Shown: positions 1-11,900 of the stretch, piece by piece
Position numbering within the stretch: the stretch's first letter is position 1
Layout: the number at the start of each line of letters is the position of its first letter
DNA from: Tubiluchus corallicola
Lineage: Eukaryota; Animalia; Priapulida
Direction of reading: 5' to 3'
DNA length: 34,612 nt
Assembly (NCBI GenBank): GCA_030141605.1
Contig: JAQGDQ010001563.1
Span: 1 to 34,612 of the forward strand
Translations under genes and position numbers: made by a program
Notes under the pieces: model-generated
Database searches by the model: none
Seen by the model: the letters and a program-made list of their open reading frames with translations, nothing else
Told to the model about the DNA's origin: nothing

Positions 1-245
1 CTTGATCAGTATTCAAGTTTTGTGAGTCGTCTGCAAGGACAATTTTAAGTTCAGTGAGTCAGTGCTCAAAACATATGTCACACGAGTGAAGCTTCCACAC
101 GTGTTTCTGATTCGCAATTCTTTCCGCAATACTTTGATGTAAAAATTTTACTCATTGTTTTTGTAAATTAGCAAAAGTTTGTACCACTCCGTATGATCAC
201 GTGAAATAGCCATTAATATGAACTAATTCAATGTTAATTTTACAG

Positions 246-460
246 AAAATCCATTGATTTGTGACTGTGACATGGCCTGGACAAAGGTGGAGAAATGGGC
301 GACGTCTAAAATTGATTGTCTTGAGCCACCACGAAAGCACGGCAAAAATGAAATCACCATTCCTGAATTCTGTGAACTAGCTGCAGCACCACGTGCTGGT
401 CCCGCCTCAGCTTTTACATGCTCAGTAATCGTGACTGTAATGTTTCTAATACTAATATAA
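246..460 (+). CDS. Terminal exon of an LRR protein (LRRCT cap + hydrophobic, GPI-signal-like tail), copy 1; upstream exons not in window
   Basis: Acceptor ttttacag|AA (phase 1), then NPLICDCDMAW..IDC..EFC, matching the LRRCT NPxxCDCxxxW motif, ending in the hydrophobic AFTCSVIVTVMFLILI-stop. Confidence 0.65.
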
Positions 461-908
461 CTTGAATACATATAAAGTTTTTTCTTATTTTTAGTGCAGA
501 TAAACTTTGGTTCTAATATATGACTTCGCAATTAATGTAGGCCTACATCTTTTGTCGTTCATTTTCACTCGCGATACGTAGAATAAAAACTTACAGATTA
601 CACGATAATTGTACATGTGCTGCCATCTGTATTTAAATTTGTTCATAATTATTTCTTGTTTTTTGTTTCTTTGCTGAATTGGCATGATGGACTTAAATAA
701 AATCGTTTTAGATGTTACAGCATAGAATTCCTGTTGCGTTTTTTGTTTGTCCATTGTAATCACCAGAATGAACCAACCAACTTCAGTTGAAATTCCATGG
801 CAACTTTGACTTCAGAAGGTGTTTTATATGTCTAGATGTGACCTATTTTTAGAAGGAAGTGGAACCGGCGTTATTATGGGGAAAAGTAAAGGACGAGGCT
901 TACACACT

Positions 909-1092
909 AATTGTAAACAAGTACAAGTCGTTGTGTTTTAAACAATTGTAAACAAGTACTAGTCGCTGTGTTTTAAACAATTGTAAACGAGTACAGGTCA
1001 CTGTGTTTTAAACAATTGTAAACAAGTACAGGTCGTTGTGTTTTAAACAATTGTAAACGAGTACAAGTCATTGTGTTTTAAACAATTGTAAA
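909..1092. repeat. 35-bp minisatellite, ~5 copies
   Basis: Unit aattgtaaacaagtacaagtcgttgtgttttaaac. Confidence 0.9.
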
Positions 1093-1827
1093 TGCACGCA
1101 TGTGCACACACAAACATGCATCATCTTTATTCGCACATGAATTCAGAATTACATAAATGTGAAATAAAAATAATTATGTACAGTATTTAAAAGTAAAAAC
1201 GTTCAGAAAACACGTCTGAAGAAATCATATACCAATTAACACATATTTCATTAATAATGTAATCAAAATTATGACTTAAGCACATTATAGTGTAGAACAT
1301 TTTCGCGCAAAATAATCATGATAATTTTTTCTCTTAAAACATTAACTTTGCAAATGGAAACTTACTCATGGGAATATATAATATTTCTCCGTGAAGAAAA
1401 AGTCGACCTGAAATTAGCAAATAAAAGATGAACTAAAATTTATTGTTTATGCTGAGCCACAACCCCCCCCCCCCCCCCCAAGGTCTGAATCCAGCCCTGC
1501 TTTCACTCTTACAGTAAATTTTGCAGCTTTCGGCTACAGGATGCTGTTTTTAAAAGCGCTACTATCTGACAATGATATCTCCCAGAATTCATGTTGTCAT
1601 GGTTTTACCAGCTAGGCTTAGGTTCTAGAACGGCTGTTCTTGTTTTACTGAATGGAATTTTTTAAAACTTAAAAACTCGTTAACACAAATGCTATCTACT
1701 TTTTATCAACAAGATTTCCTAAAAGCTAATTTATGATTCTTTTGGTGAATAAATTAATAAATATCTCCGTGATGGTGTTATTAAAAACGCATCTCCTTCG
1801 AGCTCTCGTAGCATTTATGTTAACTCC

Positions 1828-1924
1828 CAAACGGACTCTCTGGTACTAGGCTAGCTGGACAAACCGACTCTCTGGACTAGGCTAGCTCAACAAACTGACT
1901 CTCTGGTACTAGGCTAGCTCAACA
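1828..1924. repeat. 31-32-bp tandem repeat, 3 copies
   Basis: caaacngactctctggtactaggctagct starting at 1828, 1860 and 1891. Confidence 0.85.
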
Positions 1925-2698
1925 TGACTTCAATGTTTGCATTGTTTTTGCTCTATTATTTCACTTATTCTCTATTATAACACACTGCTGAAAGAAGCTC
2001 GAGTGCTAACTGAGCCGTTTTGTTAACTAACAGTCTTTTGTGCAAAGACGCTAATGCTACTCAACGAGCTGCTTTGTTAACTGTTCCTGCCTGCCTCCTG
2101 AATAGATAGATTACATGCAAACAAATTAACTACATCCTGACTTTCAGGTAAACACATACTCATGCTCATACTGTTCGCATTTATGGAGCGCTGGCCGCGT
2201 GTCAAAAAGTCCGAAATAAATTTGCTTACAGGTCTCATTACGAGCCGCTGACACCCTTCAAATTTTTGACATTTTCTAAAAAATTGGGGAGCCCGGGCCC
2301 CTATGGCACGACGACACTGGAGTGGTGACCTAAAATCTTTGGAATTATTTTTTTCTATTGACCTGAATGGTGTGGATATTCATCAAACCTCAAACTGCAA
2401 AGCATGCTGGATCTATCCTGAAAGATCAAGTCGACGATGATCAAGGACCAGGACTTGATCAGTATTCAAGTTTTGTGAGTCGTCTGCAAGGACAATTTTA
2501 AGTTCAGTGAGTCAGTGCTCAAAACATATGTCACACGAGTGAAGCTTCCACACGTGTTTCTGATTCGCAATTCTTTCAGCAATACTTTGATGTAAAAATT
2601 TTACTCATTGTTTTTGTAAATTAGCAAAAGTTTGTACCACTCCGTATGATCACGTGAAATAGCCATTAATATGAACTAATTCAATGTTAATTTTACAG

Positions 2699-2913
2699 GA
2701 AATCCATTGATTTGTGACTGTGACATGGCCTGGACAAAGGTGGAGAAATGGGCGACGTCTAAAATTGATTGTCTCGAGCCACCACGAAAGCACGGCGAAA
2801 ATGAAATCACCATTCCTGAATTCTGTGAACTAGCTGCAGCACCACGTGCTGGTCCCGCCTCAGCTTTTACATTCTCAGTAATCGTGACTGTAATGATTCT
2901 AATACTAATATAA
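2699..2913 (+). CDS. Terminal LRRCT + hydrophobic-tail exon, copy 2
   Basis: ttttacag|GA AAT CCA TTG..; nearly identical to copy 1 (K>E, C>F, F>I changes) with an intact frame. Confidence 0.55.
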
Positions 2914-3359
2914 CTTGAATACATATAAAGTTTTTTCTTATTTTTAATGCAGATAAACTTTGGTTCTAATACTAATATGACTTCGCAATTAATGTAGGCC
3001 TACATCTTTTGTCGTTCATTTTCACTCGCGATACCAAAAACTCACAGATTACACGATAATTGTACATGTGCTGCCATCTCTATTTAAATTTGTTCATAAT
3101 TATTTCTTGTTTCTTGTTTCTTTGCTGAATTGGCATGATGGACTTAAATAAAGTCGTTTTAAATATTACAGCATAGAATTCCTGTTGCGTTTTTTGTTTA
3201 TCCTTTGTAATCACCAGAATGAACTAATCAACTTCAGTTGAAATTCCGTGGCAACTTTGACATCAGAAGGCGTTTTATATGTCTAGATGTGACCTATTTT
3301 TAGAAGGAAGTGGAACTGACGTTATTATGGGGAAAAGTAAAGGACGGGGCTTACACACT

Positions 3360-4376
3360 AATTGTAAACAAGTACAAGTCGTTGTGTTTTAAACAATTGT
3401 AAACAAGTACTAGTCGCTGTGTTTTAAACAATTGTAAACAAGTACAAGTCGTTGTGTTTTAAACAATTGTAAACAAGTACAAGTGGTTGTGTTTTAAACA
3501 ATTGTAAACAACAACTAGTCGTTGTGTTTTAAACAATTGTAAACAAGTACAAGTCGTTGTGTTTTAAGCAATTGTAAACAAATACAAGTCTTTGTGTTTT
3601 AAATAATTGTAAACAAGTACAAGTCGTTGTGTTTTAAACAATTGTAAACAAGAACAAGTCGTTGTGTTTTAAACAATTATAAACAAGTGCAAGTCGTTGC
3701 GTCTTAAACAATTATAAACAAGTGCAAGTCGTTGCGCCTTAAACAATTCTAAACGAGTACAAGTCGTTGTGTTTTGAACAATTGTAAACAAGTACAAGTC
3801 GTTGTGTTTTAAACAATTGTAAACGAGTACAAGTCGTTGTGTTTTAAACAATTGTAAACGCATGCAGGTGCACACAGATTTTAAGCAAGCACATGATCTT
3901 TATTCGCTTTAAATGAATTCAGTAATGACAAGTACAAGTCGTTGCGAAATAAACAATTGTAATTATGTACAGTCATATAAAATAAAAACAGTTCAGAAAA
4001 CACGTCTGTAGAAAGTAGTTGTACCAATTAACACATATTGTCATTAATAGTGTAATCAAGTAATTATGACTTAAGCACATTGTATACATGTAGCAAGTCA
4101 TTTTCGCGCAAAATAATCATGATAAACAAATACAAGTCGTTGTGTTTTAAACAATTGTAAACAAGTACAAGTCGTTGTGTTTTAAACAATTGTAAACAAG
4201 TACAAGTCGTTGTGTTTTAAAGAATTGTAAACAAGTACAAGTCGTTGTGTTTTAAAGAATTGTAAACAAGTACAAGTCGTTGTGTTTTAAACAATCGTAA
4301 ACAAATACAAGTCGTTGTGTTTTAAACAATTGTAAACAAGTACAAGTCGTTGTGTTTTAAACAATTGTAAACAAGT
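3360..4376. repeat. 35-bp minisatellite, ~14 + ~7 copies, interrupted at ~3860-4122
   Basis: Same unit as 909-1092; period 35. Confidence 0.9.
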
Positions 4377-4645
4377 AAGCAAAAATCACTTTTGCGTTTT
4401 TAATAAAACAAGAATATCTCATTTAAAAGCAATTATTAGTTTTAAAAAACTGAAAACATTTCATGAAAAGGAAAAAAATTGTAGCAATAAATATGTATTA
4501 TGTACTTGCAAATACTTCTCCAGTTTTCTGGTAAATAAAATTTCATTGTTCCTCCTGAGGAAAGAGACTAGCTGACTGCGTTATGGGCTTCCTATGTTGT
4601 AAAAAAGTAATGCATTTTTTATTGATTTTTCTCTTCCTCACTCTC

Positions 4646-4781
4646 AGAGAGAGAGAGAGAGAGAGTGAGAGAGAGAGCGAGAGAGAGAGCGTGCGAGCGA
4701 GAGAGAGAGCGTGCGAGCGAGAGAGAGAGCGTGCGAGCGAGAGAGAGAGCGTGCTAGCGAGAGCGAGAGCGAGAGGGCGAG

Positions 4782-4836
<55 letters not shown>
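4646..4836. repeat. (GA)n microsatellite with GC/GT interruptions
   Basis: Directly visible; explains the spurious RE- and SL-rich ORFs. Confidence 0.95.
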
Positions 4837-4839
<3 letters not shown>

Positions 4840-5188
4840 TTCTTTTCTTTCAGACTAGCCATCTGAAAGAAACAAAACACAACAATGATGTATGCATTAT
4901 TACATACAAAAATTCTATGAATCCGAGCCTATATATTTAACTATACAAAATGATTGCCCTTAGCATCTAGGCCTGTATAAAATCAATTAATTTAAGCCTA
5001 TCAATAAATAATATTTATCAAGAATTGTCATTGGATTTAGCCACAGGTGTTTTATTAGTACGCTTATACAAGTACATTTTTTACACGTAAACAAACTGTA
5101 TTTAATGAACACTTGTAAGCCTAACCGAATTAAAAAAGCTTAAAAAATTAAGCTAAATATAAATGATGTCTACACATTATATATAAAG

Positions 5189-5434
5189 TGTTGTGACACG
5201 CCTGCCGATTCTAATTTAAGCGCCAGGTTGGCTTCTCACCTGAATTCTGTAACTTGATTTTGACCTAGTTAGTTGGTTGTTATAGAGGTGGAAGTAATGT
5301 CGGCTGCTTAGGATGACAGGTCTGATGTTTCGTTCAGTTATTTTTTGTTCACTGATAATAAAAAAGAAGACTAATGTCGTAAATGCATCTCTGTGTGTTC
5401 AACGTCATTTTATAACCAACTCCAACTCATAACA
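5189..5434 (+). mobile_element. Possible solo LTR
   Basis: TGTTGTGA...TCATAACA termini (7/8 inverted match) and an internal AATAAA at ~5357; no TSD seen. Confidence 0.3.
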
Positions 5435-6450
5435 ATGGCCAATGTATGATTATATGCTTTTTAAACATCTTTTAACTTGGAATTAACAAAACATACAGAT
5501 GCTTAGATTAAGTTATGTTCTGGAAAAATTATTTGCTCTTCTAAAAAAATCGATTTTTTCTATGAAAGGTATTACACATGAAAGTCAGGCATCATATGAC
5601 TTCAAGTTATATTTCCTGACAAGAACATATTAAATAGGAATGTTTATTAGAAAACATATTTCTCAAGAACAGAATACTACATGAGCCAGGTATTTGCAAA
5701 CTTTCTTTATGATCAACTTTCTTAACTTCTTTTGTAAATAAGCCTATTAATTTTCATGAGATATGATTATAATAGTTTTCATTTTAACTACTAATTATTC
5801 TTAATGCCTTATACGCTTGCTTTAAATAATATTCAAACTTATAACAGCTGCTATAAATCGCCAAAGAGAGATGTACGCCTTGCAGTCTTTGTTTAGTGTA
5901 CAAAATATTTAACGTGTAACAAAAGGTACAAAACCATGTTATAATTAGCATTTTGTTATAATTACCTGGCTGCATCCTCGGGAAAATCAAAAAGTGTCGT
6001 GTTGACAAAAGGTATAACAGTAGAATATACTTTAAACGTTTATTAATACAGAAGTTTCCACAGAAATATAGGTAAAATGATGTCTGCATATAATGTCTTG
6101 TGAAAGCCAACTGCTAGTACAGAATATAGCAACTATTCACTACTAGGTTAAACCCATTTTTAGAATAGGTAACAGATAGATAGAAGCCATATCTACCACA
6201 GTAATAGCGATTTTACAGGTTATTAGTCTAATTGCAAATTAAATGATTTTCTTATGATTTTCGGTCGTTCACGACGACAAAAAGATATTTTTATTTGTGT
6301 TTTTGCTACTCACTGCTGAGCAATTTATGAGCACCTGTCGACCGGCCTGACTTTGGTGGTCTCATCAATTCATCTGCTACAGTACACACCAGCGTGCGAA
6401 CAGCTTGCGCTAGAGCGTACCTGACAACAACAGTCCGTACTGCTGTGCCG

Positions 6451-6670
6451 CTAGGGCGACACTAACTGCGCGAACTGTACATTCCCCAAGGCTTTCCTAC
6501 ATTGTTTTTGTATTCTTTGATAATAATGTTGGGTCGTCGACTCGTCGGATGTACATCCGAACTCCGCTGCAGTGATTTCTCCACGACGTGCACGTCTAGG
6601 ATAAGCGCAATCCATGTTCGATACTTGCCATTTTTCCATGCCATTGCACAGTCACAAACGAACGAATTCT
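6451..6670 (-). pseudogene. Diverged, frameshifted LRRCT exon (third copy, inverted)
   Basis: Same phase-1 acceptor cag|AG AAT. NSFVCDCAMAW is followed by a 10-nt deletion relative to copies 1/2, then (E)KWQVSNMDCAYPRRARRGEITAAEFGC in another frame, aligning to EKWATSKIDCLEPPRKHGKNEITIPEFC. Confidence 0.6.
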
Positions 6671-7052
6671 CTGACGAAGAGGTAAAGTAAATCAACAATT
6701 TGTTGTCGGTAATCAAAAACAAACGTGTGTACAATAAAAAATAGGAAAACAAAACATTTATACACAACTTCCAATGATGAAGTTTGGCTTAAGTGCATTT
6801 TATGGGTAAATGTATGCTAGCATCAAATTACCTAAAAAACAAGCTGCTAATAGCTTAAAATTAGGCCTACATCCTCGTTAGGCCTAGGTATTATTAACAA
6901 ATAGAACTGAGAAAATTCTGCAGCATGCTACAGACATTATGTCAGCTAAACAGCTGTAGATACTAGATAGATATTAACTGCACATTTGTATCAGAAACAG
7001 CTAATTTCTTTGTCGCCTTTCTCTTTTAAATTGGACCATGGTAGAACAAGTT

Positions 7053-7150
7053 CTGATGATGATAATAACAAACCTAGAAATAATAATAATAATAGCAATA
7101 ATAATAATAATAATAATATAATAATAATAATAACGATATCGATAATAATA
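7053..7150. repeat. (AAT)n-rich microsatellite
   Basis: Visible taataataat runs. Confidence 0.8.
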
Positions 7151-8922
7151 GTCATCATATAATAATCACCCTTTAAAATTATACATGTCAACATTACAGC
7201 ATTTTCTGCATCTGTATATGTTTTCTTGCAATGTCTTTATTATTTTAATAAATTTTCTGTGTTTTCATGATTTTCTGTTTTTTCTCATATTTGATATACT
7301 TTAAATCATTTAACATATCGTGGTCTTACGCGTAATTGATTTATATAATTTATGAACTATTTTCTTAGACCAAGAGGGGTAAAAAATTACCCCATGAAAG
7401 TATTGCTTATTATGTGTTACTAACTGGATGGAATGAGCAACTGGTAATCGAGGTGTTTCTATTAGTACAAAACTAAATTCTGCGGCAAGTTGGCATAGAT
7501 ATATGAGGCATAATGAGGGCACCAAAGTTAAAAAAAGGTATTCCACCACTGCACCATATTGTTTGTGCTACATTATTTATGCTTGGTTGACAAGTCTTTT
7601 GAAAATTTTTATAATAGCCTAACTCTGTTTCACCTTCACTTGCCGGTTATTCTAAAATTTCAACTTCGTGAGCTTCAAGCATAATCATCTGTACAACTAA
7701 AGTTCCCGCCATGTTACTGAAATGGTCCTAGAACTATAATCATATGGCTAGTTGAAAAGTTTGCGTTTTGAAATATTGTGAGCTACTTTAAGTTTGCTGA
7801 GACTGTAGTTATAAAAATGTCGCCAGGTGGCCTTAAGTTCTCTATTGTCCTTTATTCTTCTTTGGTTTTGGAATTGGTACTTGGCAAAGCAAAACACGTT
7901 AAATACTACATAAACGGAAAAAAATTACCTGTGTGTAAAGTTATTTTCATAGACAAATGAAAGACAGCTGAAGGTTTGCCGTATTGCTTGCTAAGAATTG
8001 TCACGAAGTTGGGTTGAATCTCGATTTTTGTAAAATCACAAGAAGCTTTGCCGTAATTTTATTGTGATCAGAAGTGGTGCTGACAAGCCACTGGCACAGC
8101 AGTGTCTATTTTTTGTTATCGCCTATTTTAATAAAACCTAATAAATTTTAGTTATTTCTGTTATTTATCATGCTTGCTTACATAGCAATATTGTAGTAAT
8201 AAAGCTTTTCTAGTTATTCACTTTCCATGAATGTTCATTTCATACCAAGTTCATCGCTTTATGTTATTTCTAAGCTGAGAAAATCCACGTTGAGGTGCAG
8301 GCTACGCACTGAAAAACGTAACCTTGAGAAAGTTAGCCATTGTTTTTTGTCGCCTTTCTACAAAACACTTAGCAACCGTACGAATGTTGGTTGCTACAGA
8401 CTTTGCAAGAGCACATTGAAGTTGTGTTTAAATCCAGTAGATGGCTCTGTCTGACAAAGATCTGAGCTTCCAGGCGAGGTTCTAATTTTGTTAGGCTGCA
8501 TTGCCTGCACATTACTGGAAAAAATGCCTTTAAAAATGCTCCACTTGGCAAGCGTGCCTCAGTAAACCGACTAAAGGTAGCCGCTATTGCAGGAAGAAAG
8601 AACAAGAAGATTATTCAAACAACTTTATAAATAACTCCTTTTTTAGTTTTTTTGCGTAATTCTATGTGCATAAATGGAAAAGCAAAGTGGAATGATTTTT
8701 TAATAGTGAGCGATTTGCAACGATGCACACTCAATTTGAACCGTTAACAATATTCCTAGAATAACATCGATACGACAGCGATAAAAACTAATTTTTTGTG
8801 TTGATGCGATCGACACGGTACTTATCGTTATCGTTAACCTCCCTAGATAAAACTGTTTAATTTTCTTCGTAACTGTTCACTTACAGGTCTGCAAACTGAA
8901 AAGTACAAATAAACCATCCATC

Positions 8923-11900
8923 ATGAAAAGACAGCGGAAGCAACCTTGCGAAGGAGAACCTCCTAAAGAAGTCCATGAGACAGAAGCAGATCGACAACTC
9001 AGAGCACTTCTCTCACGTCAGCTGGACAAGAATTACAGCTTCGAAATGTAAATGATTCTACTTCCGAACTCTGTTATTAAACATTCAATTCTTGATTCAA
9101 AAGTAAACTATTTCCATGCATACTGTTTCAACAGAAAATGGGTGGGGGGATCAGCTGTATTTTGAAGTACTCAGTTAGTGTTATTATTATTATTATTAAT
9201 CTTTATTTAAAATTACACACATATACATTATGTACATACATATCATAAACTGCATGACAAATTAACTGTTAAACCAACTTCTGTTTATGTTATTTGTTGC
9301 AGACATGCGAAGCAACAGCGCCGGTTTACTGAAGGAAAAACTTTTGAGGACACTTCCAAGAAATTTTCAGGAGTAGTTAGTCTTCTTAATTACAAGCAGG
9401 CATTAGAGCATATTTCTACATCAGAATTTATCGACACCTATGGCTTAACATCGTCGGAGATGGAGTTACTATTAGATCTGAATTCAGAAGAGGTATGTGA
9501 ATGAACATGTCAGACAAAGACAGCAATAAACCTATTATTTTTTTAGGAACATGATTTATAGCAAGTTCGGTTTTTTGTTATAGCAAAAATGTGTTTCCCA
9601 ACATTTTAGAACTCGCAACAACCTCGGGCAAAGTGACTCACTAAATATGTTACGCTTGAATAAGAGAATATATGTATTCATGCAGTTGTGAAGAAGTCAT
9701 TGCATTTTCTTGTATAAACCTATCTTAAAATGCTTGTCGTAGAACACACGTGTGTTCGCTATTTGGCAGCATGTGCATTTTCTTTCATAAAGCATTAGGA
9801 TTTCATGGTTTGCTGCTGTAGCGATAAATGATTTATGTAGTGTGTGCGTGCGTGCGTGTTTTAATGTAAAATGAGTGTTTTCGGAGAGACTGTTGCTTGT
9901 GTCGTCTTACTGAAATTTTTTATTAAACCATTACGCGGCAAAATAACATTGTTTTTGTATTATGTTTTATGATAAGCGGTGGAATGGAATTAATAATCAA
10001 TTTATACGAACTACCAATTGTAAATTTGTCAATATACGTAATTATTATCAGGCAAACCGCAAAGTCAACCAGGAGACATGGGCGTCTACAAGAGAAGATG
10101 TGATTCGAAAAATACAAGAAAAACACGAGGCATTAAGTCAACCCGACACATTTCACGGTACACTGCTATCAGTTGTCTATTGATGAAATATTCCAATTTT
10201 TTTCTCTTTTTTGTGTGGCAAAATTACTAATATTGATGAAATATTCCAATTTTTTTCTCTTTTGTGTGGCAAAATTACTAAATATCTTTTTTCTTTTTTT
10301 TTGTAAAACGCATTTCTCTGTCATGTATATAGAGACCAAATTGTATGCAATAATTGTTCGCCAGTACCTTACTTATGTAGGAAAAGCTTGCATACATGGC
10401 TATTGCATTCGCTGCTATCTACAGTCGTAGATGGATTCTAATATGTACCATGCGTTCTTTTATGGTGCAGTATGAAATCAGTTTAGCCAGGTTTATAATT
10501 TTATTTATGTGGTATTTTTAGGGTCAAAGCCACTCACTCGTCACGAATGGGAACTTGACAGGTCCATTCACGGGCAAGATTCAGCGTCCGTGAAGCCATT
10601 TCTTAAAATGCTCACAACACGTAAGCAGCTGCCAACCTCCATCGACAGCAGCAGTGATCCCATCAACCACCTCAACGGTATGCTGGCTGAAATTGTACGA
10701 AGAGCTAGGCGGGAACGAAAGCAGAAAAAGAAGAAGAAGCAGATTAGTACGGCAGAAGTTAGTACAGAAAGGCAAGATGACTATGTCGAAGTTAATGAGC
10801 CAGGTACTGCCACGCTTCCTTGTGACAGGTCGAGAGAATTACGAGAATTAAATGTTGCTCACAACTACAATGAAATGCATGGTGAGTTCGCAAAACAAGA
10901 TGCTGCCTTCGACAACACAAATAGAACTGTCATGAAGAATTTTTACTGCAGTCATTCAGAACTGACAGCTATAAATGTCAAATCACGCTTCGACGAACCT
11001 GCAGATGATGAATTAGGCACAGTCAGACAGAATGTGCTTGAAAAAAGTATTGCCACTTCTTTTATAAACAGCGGAGTTTCTGTAAGTAGGAAGAGAGAAC
11101 ATAGACGGAAAAGGAAAAAGTCTAGACTGCTTAGTGATCTGCAAAACACGTGCAATGATGCCGAGACAGCTGATAGTGATCATTCTGAATTTAATACATT
11201 TGGCGGTGATGTTGCAACTTGTGCAGAAAGGCCAGCAGATTGGAAGTCGTCATCTTCGTGTGATAAAAACGAGCAAAAGTCTAGGTTGCTTAGTGATCTG
11301 CAAAGCACGTGCAATGATGCCGAGACAGCTGATAGTGATCATTCTCATGTTAATACATTTGGCGGTGATGTTGCAACTTGTGCAGAAAGGCCAGCAGATT
11401 GGAAGTCGTCATCTTCGTGTGATAAAAACGAGCAAAAGTCTAGGTTGCCTAGTGATCTGCAAAGCACGTGCAACGATGCCGAGACAGCTGATAGCGATCA
11501 TTCTCATGTTAATACATTTGGCTGTGATGTTGCAACTTGTGCAGAAAGGCCAGCAGATTGGAAGTCGTCATCTTCGTGTGATAAAAACGAGCAAAAGTCT
11601 AGGTTGCCTAGTGATCTGCAAAGCACGTGCAACGATGCCGAGACAGCTGATAGCGATCATTCTCATGTTAATACATTTGGCTGTGATGTTGCAACTTGTG
11701 CAGAAAGGCCAGCAGATTGGAAGTCGTCGTCTTCGTGTGGTAAAAACGAGCAGACTCTTACTCAGGTTGAAAATCGGAATGCTTCAAAGGAGCTAGAATA
11801 CACTAGATATGTAGTGCCAATACCAGAAGAGATGATCGTGAAGAATCGCTTGAGCACGAAAGAGATCCGTAATCTGCCTAGGTTTAGCAATTACGCCCCT

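Larger units (their letters stand above)
1..3900 (+). repeat. Direct segmental duplication, offset 2453 bp (1-~1100 matches 2454-~3900)
   Basis: cttgatcagtattcaag at both 1 and 2454; near-identical sequence with a few SNPs and indels continuing into the 35-bp satellite. Confidence 0.9.

Noticed and set aside
2340-2480. Possible upstream LRR exon (LQSMLDLS.., tt|gtgagt donor)
   Set aside because: In-frame TGA, no clear acceptor, and a phase incompatible with the exon at 2699.
4583-4880. RE-rich and SL-rich ORFs
   Set aside because: Translations of a (GA)n microsatellite.
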